Assembly: GCA_030390025.1 (NCBI GenBank)
Contig: CM059425.1
Span: 177,198,001 to 177,262,000 of the forward strand
DNA length: 64,000 nt
Reading direction: 5' to 3'
Source of the DNA: Squalus acanthias
Taxonomy: Eukaryota
Part shown: in pieces, positions 37,201 to 50,417 of the stretch
How the letters are laid out: every line of letters starts with the position of its first letter
Numbering within the stretch: the stretch's first letter is position 1
Notes under the pieces: generated by a model
Database searches by the model: none
What the model was told of the DNA's origin: nothing
What the model saw: the letters and a program-made list of their open reading frames with translations, nothing else
Translations under genes and position numbers: made by a program

Positions 37201-37772
37201 AATGCAGATTGATGGGTATGATAAGAGACAGAAGGCAGATTGAAGGTACGTGTGATGTTATACTCACTTTAGCTGATCTCAGCAGATCATTAAACCTTTA
37301 TCGACACTGAACCCATGTGCATCTGCACACAGACCTCGAACTCGCCTCCTCAGCAATTTGCAACCAAGCTACCTTGGTTTGCTGAGGAGGCCTCCTCCTC
37401 CCGTTTCCAGGGAAGAGGACCTCCTGACGTCCTCCAACTCCCTCCACAAGAGCATCGAGGGAGCCCTCATCGAACCTGGCTGCAGTCTTAGTTTGTTGCA
37501 CTGCCGCTCCTGTAGCAGCCAGCTGAGAGAAAAAAGCTAATGCTCCTGCAAATGGGACATGGCCCCTTTAAATCTTCATTGAAACAATGTGTCATCAGAC
37601 GCAAGCATCTGACACACTCCAAGCAAGTGCCTGGAGGGACCTGCATGTCGGCCGTAACGAGGCCAATCAAGGTAAAATTTCACCTGCGGGGCGACGGCAA
37701 CCGGGAGCGGGTCCGGAAGACGCCGACTAGCGGGCCCGCCGTCAACCCGCCTCCGGCAAGAAAATCCAGCCC
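34238..37772. mobile_element. Harbinger derivative A carrying only a SANT gene (- strand, exon 1 37268-37501, last exon to about 35600)
   Basis: Ends AGGCCGGAATTTTGCC and GGCAAGAAAATCCAGCCC; AARFDEGSLDALVEGV...WVQCR*RFNDLLRSAK|GTGAGT; ERRAHNKRERGRTGGG; no transposase motifs seen. Confidence 0.8.
34327..35093. mobile_element. Harbinger MITE nested in element A
   Basis: TIRs GGGCTGGATTTTGCCA and TGGCAAGATCGCGCCC; TSD CGA on both sides. Confidence 0.8.
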
Positions 37773-38453
37773 TTTAAAGTGTCTGGACGGCATGGTGGTG
37801 ATTGGGAACTCAACAAGTTGGCAATTATTTGCTCAAGCCCATGCTGTACCGTCTATGGTGTAACACATTGGACCACTTTGGCAACTTGCCTTTTTCCTTC
37901 ACAGTCCTGACTTTTATTCTGCATTTCTTCTCACCCATTCTTTTTCTTCTTTGCACCAGCCCTTGCCATAAATTTTGAACAGTCTTGTTGGGCTATCATT
38001 GGGAGCGAAACATATCCGACAATGAGAAAACTTTACAGAAAGGCATGAGCTGTGCAGCATGCTGACAAAAATGATCAAGAACAATAAGATCCTTACCCCC
38101 CTTGTTTATTTTCATTCCACACAGCTCTGTTCAGGCTTGTAGTATCTTTAGATATTTCCAGTACAACATACAAATTTAACAGCTGGAGTCTGGCAAGTTT
38201 CCTATCAAAAACAGGTTAATGTTAGGAATTTAGAGCAACTCGCAGCTCCATACCACACATACCAAGGAGCCATGACACTCCTTAAAGTGTATCGCTATCA
38301 TTTGGAAAATAATAAAAACTCAAAGATTAGTAGAGCTGGCACAAGACTTGAAAAGCTGCCGATTGTGCATAATCCATTCATGAAATCCTTGTTCTTTTAT
38401 CCAATATCATAATCTTGTTAGATCATTGTTTGAGGCCACATTTGAATATTATA

Positions 38454-38619
38454 AAGGGTGATTCCACGATCTGGTGCTCTCAGCGGCGCTTGCAGGGAGT
38501 TTATTTTGGGAAGCCATGGCTGTGCTACCCATGATTTTCCGTCTGTCCAGAAAAATCATTGGCTGCATGCCTGAATTTCCCTGAAAGCGCTGTGAGCATT
38601 GAATCGTGGAATCATCCTC
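38454..38619. mobile_element. Small MITE
   Basis: Inverted ends GGGTGATTCCACGAT and ATCGTGGAATCATCC. Confidence 0.6.
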
Positions 38620-40749
38620 TTCTGTGCACTGCTGTGGTTCCTGCCTTCAAAATACATTAGAGCGAGTTCAAAGAATGACAAGAATGAATCTGGGACCTAA
38701 TGCTCTGAGTTATGAAGAAATAATCAAAACTGAACTTGTTTTGATTGAGTCATGTTACAATTTTTTTAAACTTTGAAAGGTGTGAATAATGAAATATAAA
38801 CAGGCTATTAAATTTGGGTTTTAGAATCATGGAATAGTACAGCACAGACGGATGCCATTCGGCCCATCGAGTCTGTGCCGGCTCTTTCAAAGAGCAATCC
38901 AGTTAGTCCCTTGAGATTGGAATCCTCCAAAAGGGATTGTCTGCCGTCTTGAACTTTCTAGTTAGTGAGATTAAAGAATTAAATCTAGGGGCTGCCTCAG
39001 TCCAGAGAGCATACTGCAGCACTGAGCTTGGGGGTCAAGTTTTAACCCTATTAAAAAAGTTAAAATGCTTCTTAAAATTAGGCTACATCCACTATACAGT
39101 TCTGTAACATGATATACTACTACTGTAATGCAACCAGTAACCATGCACTTTAATTTCATACAATGCATAGAGTAACCTTAGAATTTGGCTCAATAATTTA
39201 TATTTTGCGTTTTACATATCAAGTCATGTTTAGGTAGACATCTACCTGGTGTGGAACACTGGTGAATAGACTTAACTTGGCAACTTTCCTGAGCTCTGCC
39301 ACCTTCTTTCTCACCAGCAGCCAGGTTCTCTGGAATGTGTAACACCATTTACCCTGTCTGCTTATCCTGCCAGACATTCCATATAGCTCTTCTGTGGGGA
39401 GGCAGAACAGGGCCACATCAATGAATTTTGGATTGCGGCATATGGAATGCTCCATTTGATTCAGTCTGTAGCTTCACTCCCAAACGCTTCCTGATCAGCC
39501 ACAAATGTTGGCTTTAAATTGTTGCTGCAGCCTTTTAAATAGCGATGGCAGTACAATGACATCCCTAACAGCTGTGCAGGAGTTTTCACAGGCAGCTTGC
39601 TGTGCAGACAGGACACTGCAGTAATTAGAGACTTTGGGCAGGATTCTCCTCGTTGGTGCAGAGTACTGGCAGGGTGAGACTTCTGCTCGCCACTCTGACC
39701 ATTTTCCTGTGATGGGGGTCATTCGGCTTGCAGGGCAAGCCCCTAGAGAGATTTCCACCACCAAGAGGGAGCCCTCCAGTGCCTGAGAGGGAAATGAGGT
39801 GGTGCTGCTGTAGTACTAAAAGAAGTGGTGAGGGGCAGTAAAGGGCCCGAGGAGTCTCAAAGATGAAGAAAGCTCCTGGCTTTGTAGGTCTTGGCAGAGA
39901 CCATGGTCTGCAAAGGTAAGTGTATGGGGCTGAATTGGACGGAGAGGAGATCTCTAGTAGGTTCTGTCCCTCTATTTGCAAAATTTGGGGCCTTATTGCG
40001 GCTTTGGGTGCCAACTTCACCTTTCACCGGTGAGTCCCAAGGACCGGCAGTAAGAGGAGCAGATGAGAGCAAAATCAGGTGGGCAGCTGGGCACTGCTTC
40101 CCTACCATTATTTTTATGCTGCGGGTGGGGAAGGGGCTGCCATCAGCGATCCAGGTAGGGGCGGGCAAATGGAGCTCAGGGCAGGGAGGTGGTGATAGCC
40201 TGGCCGCCTGTGTTTGACCACAATCATGCCCGATTTCAGGAAAGGTCATGGAGAAACATCTAATCCTTTACGTAGAAAGTGAATTTTAGACAGGAACAGC
40301 TCTGTGAGGCAAATCATCGGGATCTCTTGCATCACACCTTTCCAGCCAGAAGCAGGACAGGAATATTTGGGCTAATGAGAGGGATGCAGGTACTATAAGG
40401 TGCCCTTCTGAGAGATGTGCTGTCTTCTTTACATCACTTGATAAAGTGATGACTGTTCACAGAAATGATGATGAAGCCTTGAGTTCTCATTCCAAAGCAA
40501 TATTACTATAAGGTGTGGGCAGAATATTTTTATTAATTACCCATGCACTCATTACATTTCATTTCTACTTCTAAATGTTATTTTTTTACTAATATTTCCC
40601 TTTTGTTTTAAAAAGTTCCTAGATATGCTTTTCATTTCATTCTGTTTATAATCTCAGGTATTTTTTTCATTGGATTTGCCAGGTCACCCACTCACAAACA
40701 ATTCCCACCCACGCCTCGAGTGAATGGAATGATTGCCGAGAAAAACATG

Positions 40750-43700
40750 GGGCAGAATTTTCATTGACCCATGGAGGTGGGTTTGGAGGCGTGTGGGGTG
40801 TTAAAATTGCAAAAACTGGCGGGCGGGCACAAGCCCGCCTCCATCCCGCCTCCACACAATTTTCATTAAATCGTGTCTGCTGGTCCCGACTCCGTCCCGC
40901 CTCCAAGAGGCAGGATAGGTCGTTAAGGCTCTTAACAAGCACTAAATTGCCTCTATAATGCCATTTTGAAAGGCCTTTGTGATTTTAACCCTTTTTCCAC
41001 GTGAAGCACGCCTGTTCTGAACCACGAATGTGAAATCTGGCGGTAGCACATTTGGATTGCTGACTATCAGCTGCAGCTCAACCATGAAATAGGAGATGTG
41101 ATCAGCCATCATTTGCAGTTGGCAGGACTTTGTTGTCTGAGGTCTGGGGGAACTTTTATATGGCATAACCACAGCTGTGGAAGTTTGGAGCCTGATACCC
41201 ATCTCCAGTGTGACCTCCTGGGAAACCCCTCTCGCAACCTTGACTGAGCGCTTCCTCAACTGAGGCATATACCAGAAGCATGGGAACCATTTATTTCCTT
41301 TCCTCCTGGACATCAGATTCGGACGAAGACCAGCCGTGGCAGCAGCAGAACCATGAACAACAGCACCACCAACAGCAGCAGCATCAACAGGAGCGCCAAG
41401 CTGCTCCTCACCCACCTGAAGCTGCACAGGCCAGAAGACGCCAGCGCGCGACCACATTGCTGCCCGAGATGCAAGGGACGCACTTGACCAGATTTGCTTA
41501 GCCTGCACAATCAAACACTTTTGCCTCGCACCTTCTTATCAGACCATCGACAATGGCCAGGAACCTGCAGATTCCTATCACTCTGACCACCATACTGACA
41601 ATTGCAAGTCATCCTAAGCCCTCAATGTGGAAGTCTCATTTGCGAAATGACAGACGCCACAACTTCAGCAGTTTGCCAGCAGAATTTTTAATCACACCAA
41701 GCAAGTGCTGGCACTTCAAGATTAAACACAACATTACACCCAAGTGACTACGCTTGTGACTACTTGTGCATTATTTTTCTTTTACACGTGCTCCTATGTG
41801 GTGCTTCCCCTGTGGCTTCAGCAGATGTGGAGGCCCCTTGCTCACTTTCTTGCTGCTCCTGCCTCGACACCTTTGGGGTTGCGAGCCTGTGAGGGCTCGG
41901 CAACAGTCTACTGCTCCTGCGGCTGTGCAGGAGTTGAGACGCCAATCTCAGTTGGGTGAGGACTCTGGTGGGGCTCTGACCGAGGGCTTTGCAGTGGCTT
42001 GGTCGTGTGAGCGCTTGGAGAGGAGCCCCCACTTCCTTGTTGTCTGCCACCAACATCCCTCTCATGGGTCAGCCCCACCTCAGCGCTTGCAAATGGATTG
42101 AGAGCACCTTGCTGCACATCAGGGGGGCCATGGGGACCCGTATCTGCACTGGAAGTCCTACTCAGAAGGACTTCCATGAAGGTCTGGTTTCTGTGTTCAA
42201 TAGATGACCATCACTCCTCAAGAGATGCCAGTCTATTCTGAACAATGACCATGTTTTCTACACTCTGGCGACTTATCTCCTCCATAGCCGTAGCCATCCT
42301 CTCCTCTACTGTAGCCATCCTTTCCACGGAGGTTGCCATCCTTTCCGTGGTGATGCGTTCATGCGCCAATGACTCCACAAAGGCTCTGCTCCATTCGCTC
42401 CACACTCGCAGCGACCCTGGAGACAAAACCTGCCGGAGACTCCTGCATCTGTTCCTGGAGTTCCAGCACCGCTGATCTTATGGATGGACCCAGAGGCAGA
42501 GGGTCGACATGCAGCTGAGCCGAGCTAGGAGAGTCCTGCGCCCTCCGACTAGGACTCTCCACTGCTGTCCCTGTCTCCACCATCTGCTGATGTTCACTTG
42601 TGAGCTGTGAGACACCAGGTGACAACACCACTCTATCTCGCGATGTTCCCTCCGAGGTGTGAGTGTCTGCGCTGGTGCTGGGTGCACTGAATTCTGCTGA
42701 CGCGGCGACCTCAGAGGTTGCAGCTTCCTCTGAGGAGTGGTGAGGCTCATGCTCTTCCTCCTGGACGGTGGGGACAGGTGCTCGTGATGGTCCTGGGGGG
42801 GAGTAAAGGAAAGAGTTAGAGATGTGAGTCCAAGGTTACATGCACATTGCATATTGCAGATGATCATAAGTCAGTCTGCTGGAGCATTAGAATCATTATC
42901 AGTGACTCATGCAATGTCAATGAGAGAGATGATAAACTATTCTGTTACCAGCTTGCTCTGATGCACCCATCTGTCCGTCCCCCACTTGCGCATCCTCCTC
43001 CACTCCCATAATCTCCAGGACCGCCTCCTCCTAGGTGGTGAGCTGGGCTACTGAGGGTGGCCCTCCTCCTGTCCTCGCTCTTTCCCTCTTATTGTGAGCT
43101 CTCTTTTCCTGCAATGAGGGAGACAAGTGGAGTTTGAGTAAGAATGAAGGAGTGAGTGTAGAGAATCTATATCATTGATGGTTAGAAGGAGACAAATTCG
43201 GAGTGAGGTGGCAAGACCATGGGCCCTCCTTGTGTGTTGTAAGTTGTTTTCATAGCATCACAGCGATAGGGAGTGTGAGGGCTGCATAGTTGAATAGTTA
43301 GGTGAATGTGACCATACAGAGAGAGGAAATGGGTAAGGGTGCAGGGATGTCAGTGTCAAGTGGGATGCGGAGGAAGAGGTTGTCAAAGCTGAGTGCTGGT
43401 GAGGACAGGCAATGGGGATCAGAATGAGGGTGATGTGAAATTCATACTCACTTTTCCTGTGCGCAGAAGGTCATGAAACCTCTTCCTGCACTGAAGCCAG
43501 TTTCTGCGGGTTATGGACAACGAGTTGACCTCCTCAGCCACCTGGATCCACACAGCCTTGGGAAGGCTTCTTCCTCCCTGAAGAAGGGAAGAGCACCTCC
43601 TTATTAGCTCTGGCACCCTCAATTAAAGCTTGCAGGGCGACCTCATCAAATCGAGGTGCAGACCTAGGTCTCTGGCTGGCCATTCTTCCTGCAGGTGCCT

Positions 43701-43961
43701 CTAACATGCAAAGGCAGAAGCTTGGCAGTCTGCAGAGGAAGCAAGGCTTGTTGCAGACCTTGAATGCTGCAGCAATGATGACATCATCGGAAGCGACTTT
43801 CAGACTGGAAAAACTCACTGGCCATGGGTTCCCACACGTTGGAACTCAATTGGCCAATTATGTTAAAATCGCATCAATCTCCCACATCGATTTAAATTCG
43901 GGTGGCTAACACGAAATGCGGATTACACGACCCCATCACCCCCTGAATCAAAATCCAGCCC
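40750..43961. mobile_element. Harbinger derivative B: SANT gene on -, core-deleted transposase stub on + (41280-41501)
   Basis: TIRs GGGCAGAATTTTCA and TCAAAATCCAGCCC; MASQRPRSAPRFDEVALQALIEG...WLQCRKRFHDLLRTGK. Confidence 0.85.
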
Positions 43962-44024
43962 ATAATGCTTTTCAAAGTTAGAACCTATGCTCTTTTCAAA
44001 GTTTATTTTTTCTTTTAACACTTA

Positions 44025-46950
44025 GGGCTCGATTTTGCCAGTGTGGGCGGGCTGGGACGTGTCAGGTGGCATTCGTGTCAGGACCACGACTCCGAAGTGA
44101 AGTGGGGAAAAAGTGTGATTTTCCCCTAATTGGGCAATTGATTTCCAGTGTGTGGGAACCCCTGGCCCAATGAGTCTTTTCATACAGAAAGTCGCCTCCG
44201 ATGACGTCATCAATGCTGCTGGATTTAAGGCCTGCAAGTAGCCTTGCTTCTTCTGGAGACTGCAAACTTTATGGTGATTGTAGTAAGGACTTCATTGATC
44301 GACTATGTCCACCAGCAGGCAAAAGTGTGCTCCACGCTTCGATGAGCCCTCCATCCAAGCTCTGGTGGAGGGTGCAAGATCGAATAAGGAGGTGCTCTTC
44401 CCTTCCTCAGGGAGAAAAAAGCCACCCCAGCAAACTAAAGCTGTGTGGCTGCAAGTGGCCCAGGAGGTCAACTCCATATTGATGAGCCGTAGAACCTGGC
44501 TGCAATGCAGGAAGAGGTTTCATGACCTTCTCCGCACAGGAAAAGTGAGTATGACTTTCCTATCACCCTCAATCTGATCCCCATCGCCTCTCCTCACCAG
44601 CACTCTGCTTAGCCAACCTCTTCCTCCACATCCCACTTGACACTTACATCCTTGCACCCTTACCCATTGCCTCTCTCTCTATGGTCACATTCACTTAACT
44701 ATTCGACCATGTAGCCCTCACACTCCCTATCACTGTGATGCAACAACAACAACAACTTACAACACACAGGGAGGGCCCTTTGTCTCCTTCTAAGCATCTA
44801 TGCTATGGATTCTCTACACTCACTCCTTCATTCTCACTCAAACTCCAGTTGTGTCCCTCATTGCAGGAAAAGAGAGCCCACAATAAGAGGGAAAGAGCCA
44901 TGACAGGAGGAGGGCCACCCTCAGAAGCCCAGCTCACTGTCTGGGAGGAGGCGGCCCTGGAAATCACCGGGATTGAGGACGATTCCCAAGTGGGGGACGG
45001 ACAGACGAGCGCATCACAGCAAGCTGGTGACAGAATAGTTTAGCATCTCTGTCATTGACATTGCATGAGTCACTGACAATGATTCTGATGCTCTAACAGA
45101 TTGACTTATGATCATCTGCACAATTCAATGTGCATGTAACCTTGACCTCACATCTCTAACTCTTTCCTTTACTCCCCCACAGGACCATCGAAAGCCCCCG
45201 TCCCCACTGTCCAGGAGGAAGAGCCTGAGTTTCCAGACTCCTCAGAGGAAGCTGCAACCTCTGAGGGCGCAGCATCAGCAGAATTCAGCGCACCCAGTAC
45301 CAGCGCAGACACTCACACCTCGGTGGGACCTTCGGGAGATAGAGTAGAGTTGTCACCTGGTGTATCAGCATCAGCAGATGGTGGAGACAGGGACAGCAGT
45401 GGAGAGTTCTCATCGGAGGGCACAGGACTCTGCCAGCTCGGCTCAGCTGCATGTCGACCCTGTGTCTCCGGGTCCATCCAGAAGAAGAGCGGTGCTGGAA
45501 CTCCAGGAACAGGTGCAGGAGTCTCTGGCAGGTTTTGTCTCCAGGGTCGCTGCGAGTGTGGAGCGAATGGAGGAGTCCATCGCGAACATGAGCAGAGCCT
45601 TTGTGGAGGCATTGGCGCATGAACGCATCACCGCGGAAAGGATGGCAACCTCCGTGGAAAGGATGGCTACCTCCGTGGTAAGGCTGGCTCCCGTAGAGGA
45701 GAGGATGGCTACGGTAGAGGAGAGGATGGCTACGGCCATTGAGGGGCTTAGTCACCAGGGTCTTGAAAACATGGTCATTGTTCAGAATAGAATGACATCT
45801 CTTGAGTAGCGATGGTCAGCTATTGAGCATAGAAACCAGACCTTCATGGAAGTCCTCTGGAGTAGGACTTCCAGTGCAGAAACGGGTCCTCATGGCCCCC
45901 CTGAAGTGCAGCAAGATGCTGTCAAGCCACTTGCTAGCTCTGAAGTGGGGCTGACCCATGAGAGGGATGTTGGTGGCAGACAACAAGGAAGTGGGGGCTC
46001 CTCTCCAAGCGCTCACACGACCATGCCACTGCAAAGCCCTCGGTCAGAGCCCCACCAGAGTCCTCACCCAACTGAGATAGGCGTCTAGGCCCCTGCACAG
46101 CCGCAGGGGCAGCAGACTGTTGCCGAGCCCTCACAGGTTGGCTACCCCAGAGGACGGCTGCCAAAGGTGTCGAGACAGGAGCAGCAAGCCAGTGAGCAAG
46201 GGGACTCCACATTTGCTGAAGCCGCAGGGGAAGCACCACGTAGGAGCACGCGTAAGAGGAAGATAAAACACAAGTAGTCACAAGGGTAGTCACTTGGGTG
46301 CTGTGATGTATTGTATTTGGACCAGCCATCCTTGTCATGGTATCATAAACAGACTTGATGGCAAACTGTTGAAGTTGTGGCCTGTGTCATTTCGCAAATG
46401 GGACTTTCACATTGAGGGCTTAGGGCGACTTGCAATTATCAGTATGGTGGTCAGAGTGATAGGAATCCACAGGTTCTTGTCCATTGTCGATGCTCTGGTA
46501 AGAAGGTGTGAGACAAAAGTGTTTGATTGTGCAGGCTAAGCAAATCTGGCCAACATGAGTGCGTCCCTTGCATCTCGGGCAGCAATGTGGTCACGCGCTG
46601 GCGCCTTCTGGCCTGTGCAGCTTCAGGTGGGTGAGCAGCAGCTTGGCGCTCCTGTTGTTGCTCCTGCTGTTGGTGCTGCTGTTGTTCAGGGTTCTGCTGC
46701 TACCGCGGCTGGTCTTCGTCCGAATCTGATGTCCAGGAGGAAAGGAAATAAATGGTTCCCATGCTTCTGCTATATACCTCAGTTGAGGAAGCGCTCAGTC
46801 AAGGTGGGGAAAGGGGTTTCCCAGGAGGTCATACTGGAGATGGGTCTCAGGATCCAAACTTCCACAACAATGAGTAGGCCTGCTAAAAGTTCCCCCAGAC
46901 CTGAGACAACAAAGTTCTGCCACCTGCAAATGATGATTGCTGAAAACTCC
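44025..46950. mobile_element. Harbinger derivative C, inverted relative to B; right end lost at a CR1 fragment
   Basis: TTA|GGGCTCGATTTTGCCA left end; colinear reverse-complement similarity to B. Confidence 0.85.
44305..46280 (+). pseudogene. Myb/SANT-like gene of element C; exons 44305-44544, 44867-45026, 45183 onward
   Basis: GT-AG sites keep the frame through exons 1-2 into exon 3; later frameshift (~45365) and stop (45807). Confidence 0.8.
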
Positions 46951-46959
46951 TCTTAAATA

Positions 46960-47165
46960 GCCGACCCCTTATCCTGAGACTATGCCCCCTAGTTCTAGAC
47001 ACTCCAGCCAGGGAAACAACCTCTCGGCATCTACCCTGTCAATCCGCCATAGAATCTTATGTGTTTCAGTGAGATCACCTCTCATTCTTCTAAACTCCAG
47101 GGAGTATCGGCCCAATCTACTCAATCTCTCCTCATAGGACAGCCCTCTCATCCCAGGAATCAGCC
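46960..47165 (-). mobile_element. CR1 fragment
   Basis: GLSYEERLSRLG.YSLEFRRMRGDL. Confidence 0.85.
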
Positions 47166-47639
47166 CATGGGAAAGTCAGCCCATGCTCCTCTCACATGTT
47201 TCATAGTAGCCAGACACAGAGCAGCACTGGCAGAGGCCTAGAAACAGGTTGCCTACTCCTCTTTTAGCTGGGGAATGGGGGATGTGAAAGGGGACTAAAG
47301 CATGTGGTGTGAAAGATATCTAAGGAGGGAAAAAAATAAAACGAGAACTAAAAATGAACAAAACAATAATGAAAAGCATAAATGCCACCGAGCAAACCAT
47401 TTTAGAAGTGAGAAATAGTTCAACTGCAACACTTTTCCTGAGGTCAATCAGCAACAAAGGAGCTGGATTATTAGTTAAAGCAGGCAGGATCCTGGGCTAC
47501 TGAACTCTATCACTGAAGACTAAATGAATTGCCTTGGCTCTTGATCACACATTGCCTCAGTATGAGTCTTACAACTAAAACCTTGCACTTTGGTATTTTG
47601 CTATTATTTAATGTTTATATATGTGTATACAGTCTATCA

Positions 47640-47960
47640 CCAAGACCACCTGCCTTTGCCCCTACCTCAACCCTATCAACACTTAAACCATTTTTATATC
47701 TTGTCAACTCCATGGTTGATTTCTCCACCATTTTTCTTACAAGTTCTTCCCTACACAAACTCCAATTCACCCAGAACTCTGCAAGCTGCATCCCATCCCA
47801 CACTAAGTCCCACTCACCCATCACCCCTGTCCTCCATTGGCTTCCCATCTCCCGGTGCATTAACTTCAAAATCCTTGACCTCATCTATAAGTTCCTCCAT
47901 AGCTTCATTCACTCACCGCTATCACCACCTTGTATTTGTATAGCACATTTAACATACCGA
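47640..47960 (+). mobile_element. Old L2 3' fragment
   Basis: LHKLQFTQNS...SPITPVLHWLPI...FKIL. Confidence 0.7.
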
Positions 47961-48559
47961 AACATATCAAGACATTTCAAAATTGGGCATCAGACTTGAG
48001 CACTCACCAAGATGTCACTAACCATCTTTTCAGACATTGGGCCTGAAATGGCTGGAACAATGTATTTAGCTATGCACACCATTATTTGGACTTTTCAGCT
48101 CCCCATTCATATCAATCCATATTTACGCCACAAATTGCTGGAACATCGATCCATTAAAGGTGCGGTGAGGTCAATGACGTATCAGGGACCTCCTGGATGG
48201 TGTGCCCAATGGCTTGCCCCACAGACCAACCACATGGCACTATTAATAGCTGAGAGCAGGTGCCCTGAGTCAGATTGAGGTGTGGCACTGGGAGGTAAGT
48301 GAGCTGCTCCTTTTGAAATCAACCTAAATCAACTTTAAAAAGGTAATAAAAACAGAAAATGCTGGAAATACTCAGCAAGTCAGGCAGCATCTGTAGAGAG
48401 AGGAAAAGGTAATTACAATTAAAAAAAACTTGTTAAAAGGCTGCAAAAAGTAAACTCTAGTGTCTTCACATCCCGATGTGCGTGCTTCCCCGATGCTCGG
48501 AGTTTACATGCAGAATTCTCATTTGGGCATCACAGACATTTAGCAAGTGATACCCTTCC

Positions 48560-48820
48560 TGCTGATAAAAGTGACAGGTTCCTCGACTGAAGCCTTCAGC
48601 GGCGCGTGGCCCCATCGATAGTCCTCTGCACCCTGAAGCGACTGGTAATCCTGCGGAGGTTGACGGACCTGTCTCTTTACTGTGCTGGGGAAATGTATTT
48701 AATGGCTGGATGCCCTGTGGAAGATAGCATCTGTCACCTATTGAATGCAGGCCCTCACAGCTCCTTGGCTGATGTTACCGAGGTCTCCAGTCCCTGACTG
48801 GAAGGCTGTAGAAAAAGTTT
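48560..48820 (-). pseudogene. Harbinger transposase remnant
   Basis: FQSGTGDLGNISQGAVRACIQ*VTDAIF. Confidence 0.55.
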
Positions 48821-48966
48821 GGTCTCCGGCCATGGTGCCACAAGCGACATGACTGCTCCCTCTGCTCCTCTCCCAGGTAGCCCATAATAATCAGGAACCG
48901 AGGAATGTTCAGTGGATAGGCCATTACTATGCTTTTGCCTGTCTTACATGTAGAAATAGGAAGGTG

Positions 48967-49233
48967 CAATGTTCTCCCTAATTTTTGGGGGGTCCATGGC
49001 CCCTTTAAGGGGCTGTGCGGCCCATTTAAAATACCGCATGCACGTTTTTTCGCATTGAAAAGCTGGCGAGCGAGCTGCACGGGAAGGCCAATGTTCCCTC
49101 TAAGCTGTGCGGCAGAGAGCAGCCGCACAGCCCGGGACCGGCTTTTTCAATGTTAAGTTTTGAGAAACTGTGAATGGGCCGCACAGCCCTTTAAAGGGGC
49201 CATGCACCCCCAAAAAATTAGAGGGCATATTTG
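48967..49233. mobile_element. hAT-like MITE with ~65-bp inverted arms and an extra internal end at ~49089
   Basis: CAATGTTCTCCCTAATTTTTGGGGG...CCCCCAAAAAATTAGAGGGCATATTTG; no clear TSD. Confidence 0.6.
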
Positions 49234-49784
49234 TGGGGGCCCTGAAAATAATTGCCTTCAGACACAAACAGTACTCTTGATGGAAAAGCTGGCAAGAATG
49301 AAGTGACAAAGATGAGAGATTTAGGAAAAGATACTCTCAGAACAATTTTGAGACTGTTGGAGTGAGGCTTCATAGCTTTAATGATCCCTTTGTTGGCCTC
49401 CCAAACTCAGAATCATATGTTGGCCAAGGAACACATCATTAACAGGTCACCCATGCTATTATGCTTCTGTCTAACTGGTTGTGGTGTAAATAATGGTGTA
49501 AATCCAGCAAATTGGTGACCGTCATTAACTACAATGGAGAGCTGAGCGGCGAGAACGGACTTTTATTGCCTTTGGTGAGGCTAATGGTGAAGTGGCATAA
49601 ATGGTCTAGCAAATTGCGGACGATCAGAACTCATTGCATATCTCAGTTGCTTCGCAAATTGCTGGATTTTTTACAAATTAATAATGGTGCACGTCGTTAA
49701 TGCGTCATTATTATGGCGCAATTTCACAGCTATTTCAGGCTAATTGTCACACCTACCTGGCAATTACAATGGGGAACTGTCTTC

Positions 49785-50040
49785 ACAGGGTCCAAGTCAG
49801 CAGAGAATCAGATGCAGAGTTGTGCCATCTGCTGCATAAACACCTAGAGCTGACATGCAACCTAGGGCTGGCAAAGCCAGTGACAGTAACAGTTAGCTCT
49901 GGACTCAAGCCTACCTCCACTTCTTTCCAGGCATTCTGCAACGTGGACTTATGGGGATTATGTTGTGGAACGGCACAGAGGGCAATCCTCCTCACAACCA
50001 TCTCATACAGCAGGACCTCCACTTCAGCAGTTATCAAACA
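49785..50040. pseudogene. Abutting Harbinger remnants: transposase N-terminus (+) and SANT exon 1 (-)
   Basis: SRESDAELCHLLH...PVTVTV...TSFQ on +; EVEVLLYEMVVRR...LQNAWKEV on -. Confidence 0.45.
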
Positions 50041-50417
50041 GGGGGTTAAGGTGCTGTACTGCTTAATCGGAGGAGGTGGACCTGTGTGGGAGCGGCAGCG
50101 GGACCTGAGAGAAGGCGGAGCGGCCATAAAAGAGCGCTGCAGAGGAGGCCTGACACCGGAGTGCTGCAAGTTGGGAAAGAGTCCGAGAGCGGGAGCAGTC
50201 AAACAACAACAACTGTGAAACCGCTAAAGTGATGTCACAACCAAGGAAGGAGCTGATTGGTAAGTAGGATCTGGTGAGTATTTCTACAGTCCAGTCGTTG
50301 AAGTAAAAGTAAGGTCTCTAGTTTAGAGTAAGTAGTGTTTAAAGAGAAGTAAGGTCCCTAGTGTATTTAATATTCTTTAATTTAAAGGAAGTGAAGGGAG
50401 TAAATTAAGGGTAGGAC

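Noticed and set aside
40659..40749. Possible host exon after a pyrimidine-rich ...CTCAG
   Set aside because: No recognisable protein and no convincing donor; cannot be supported without RNA data
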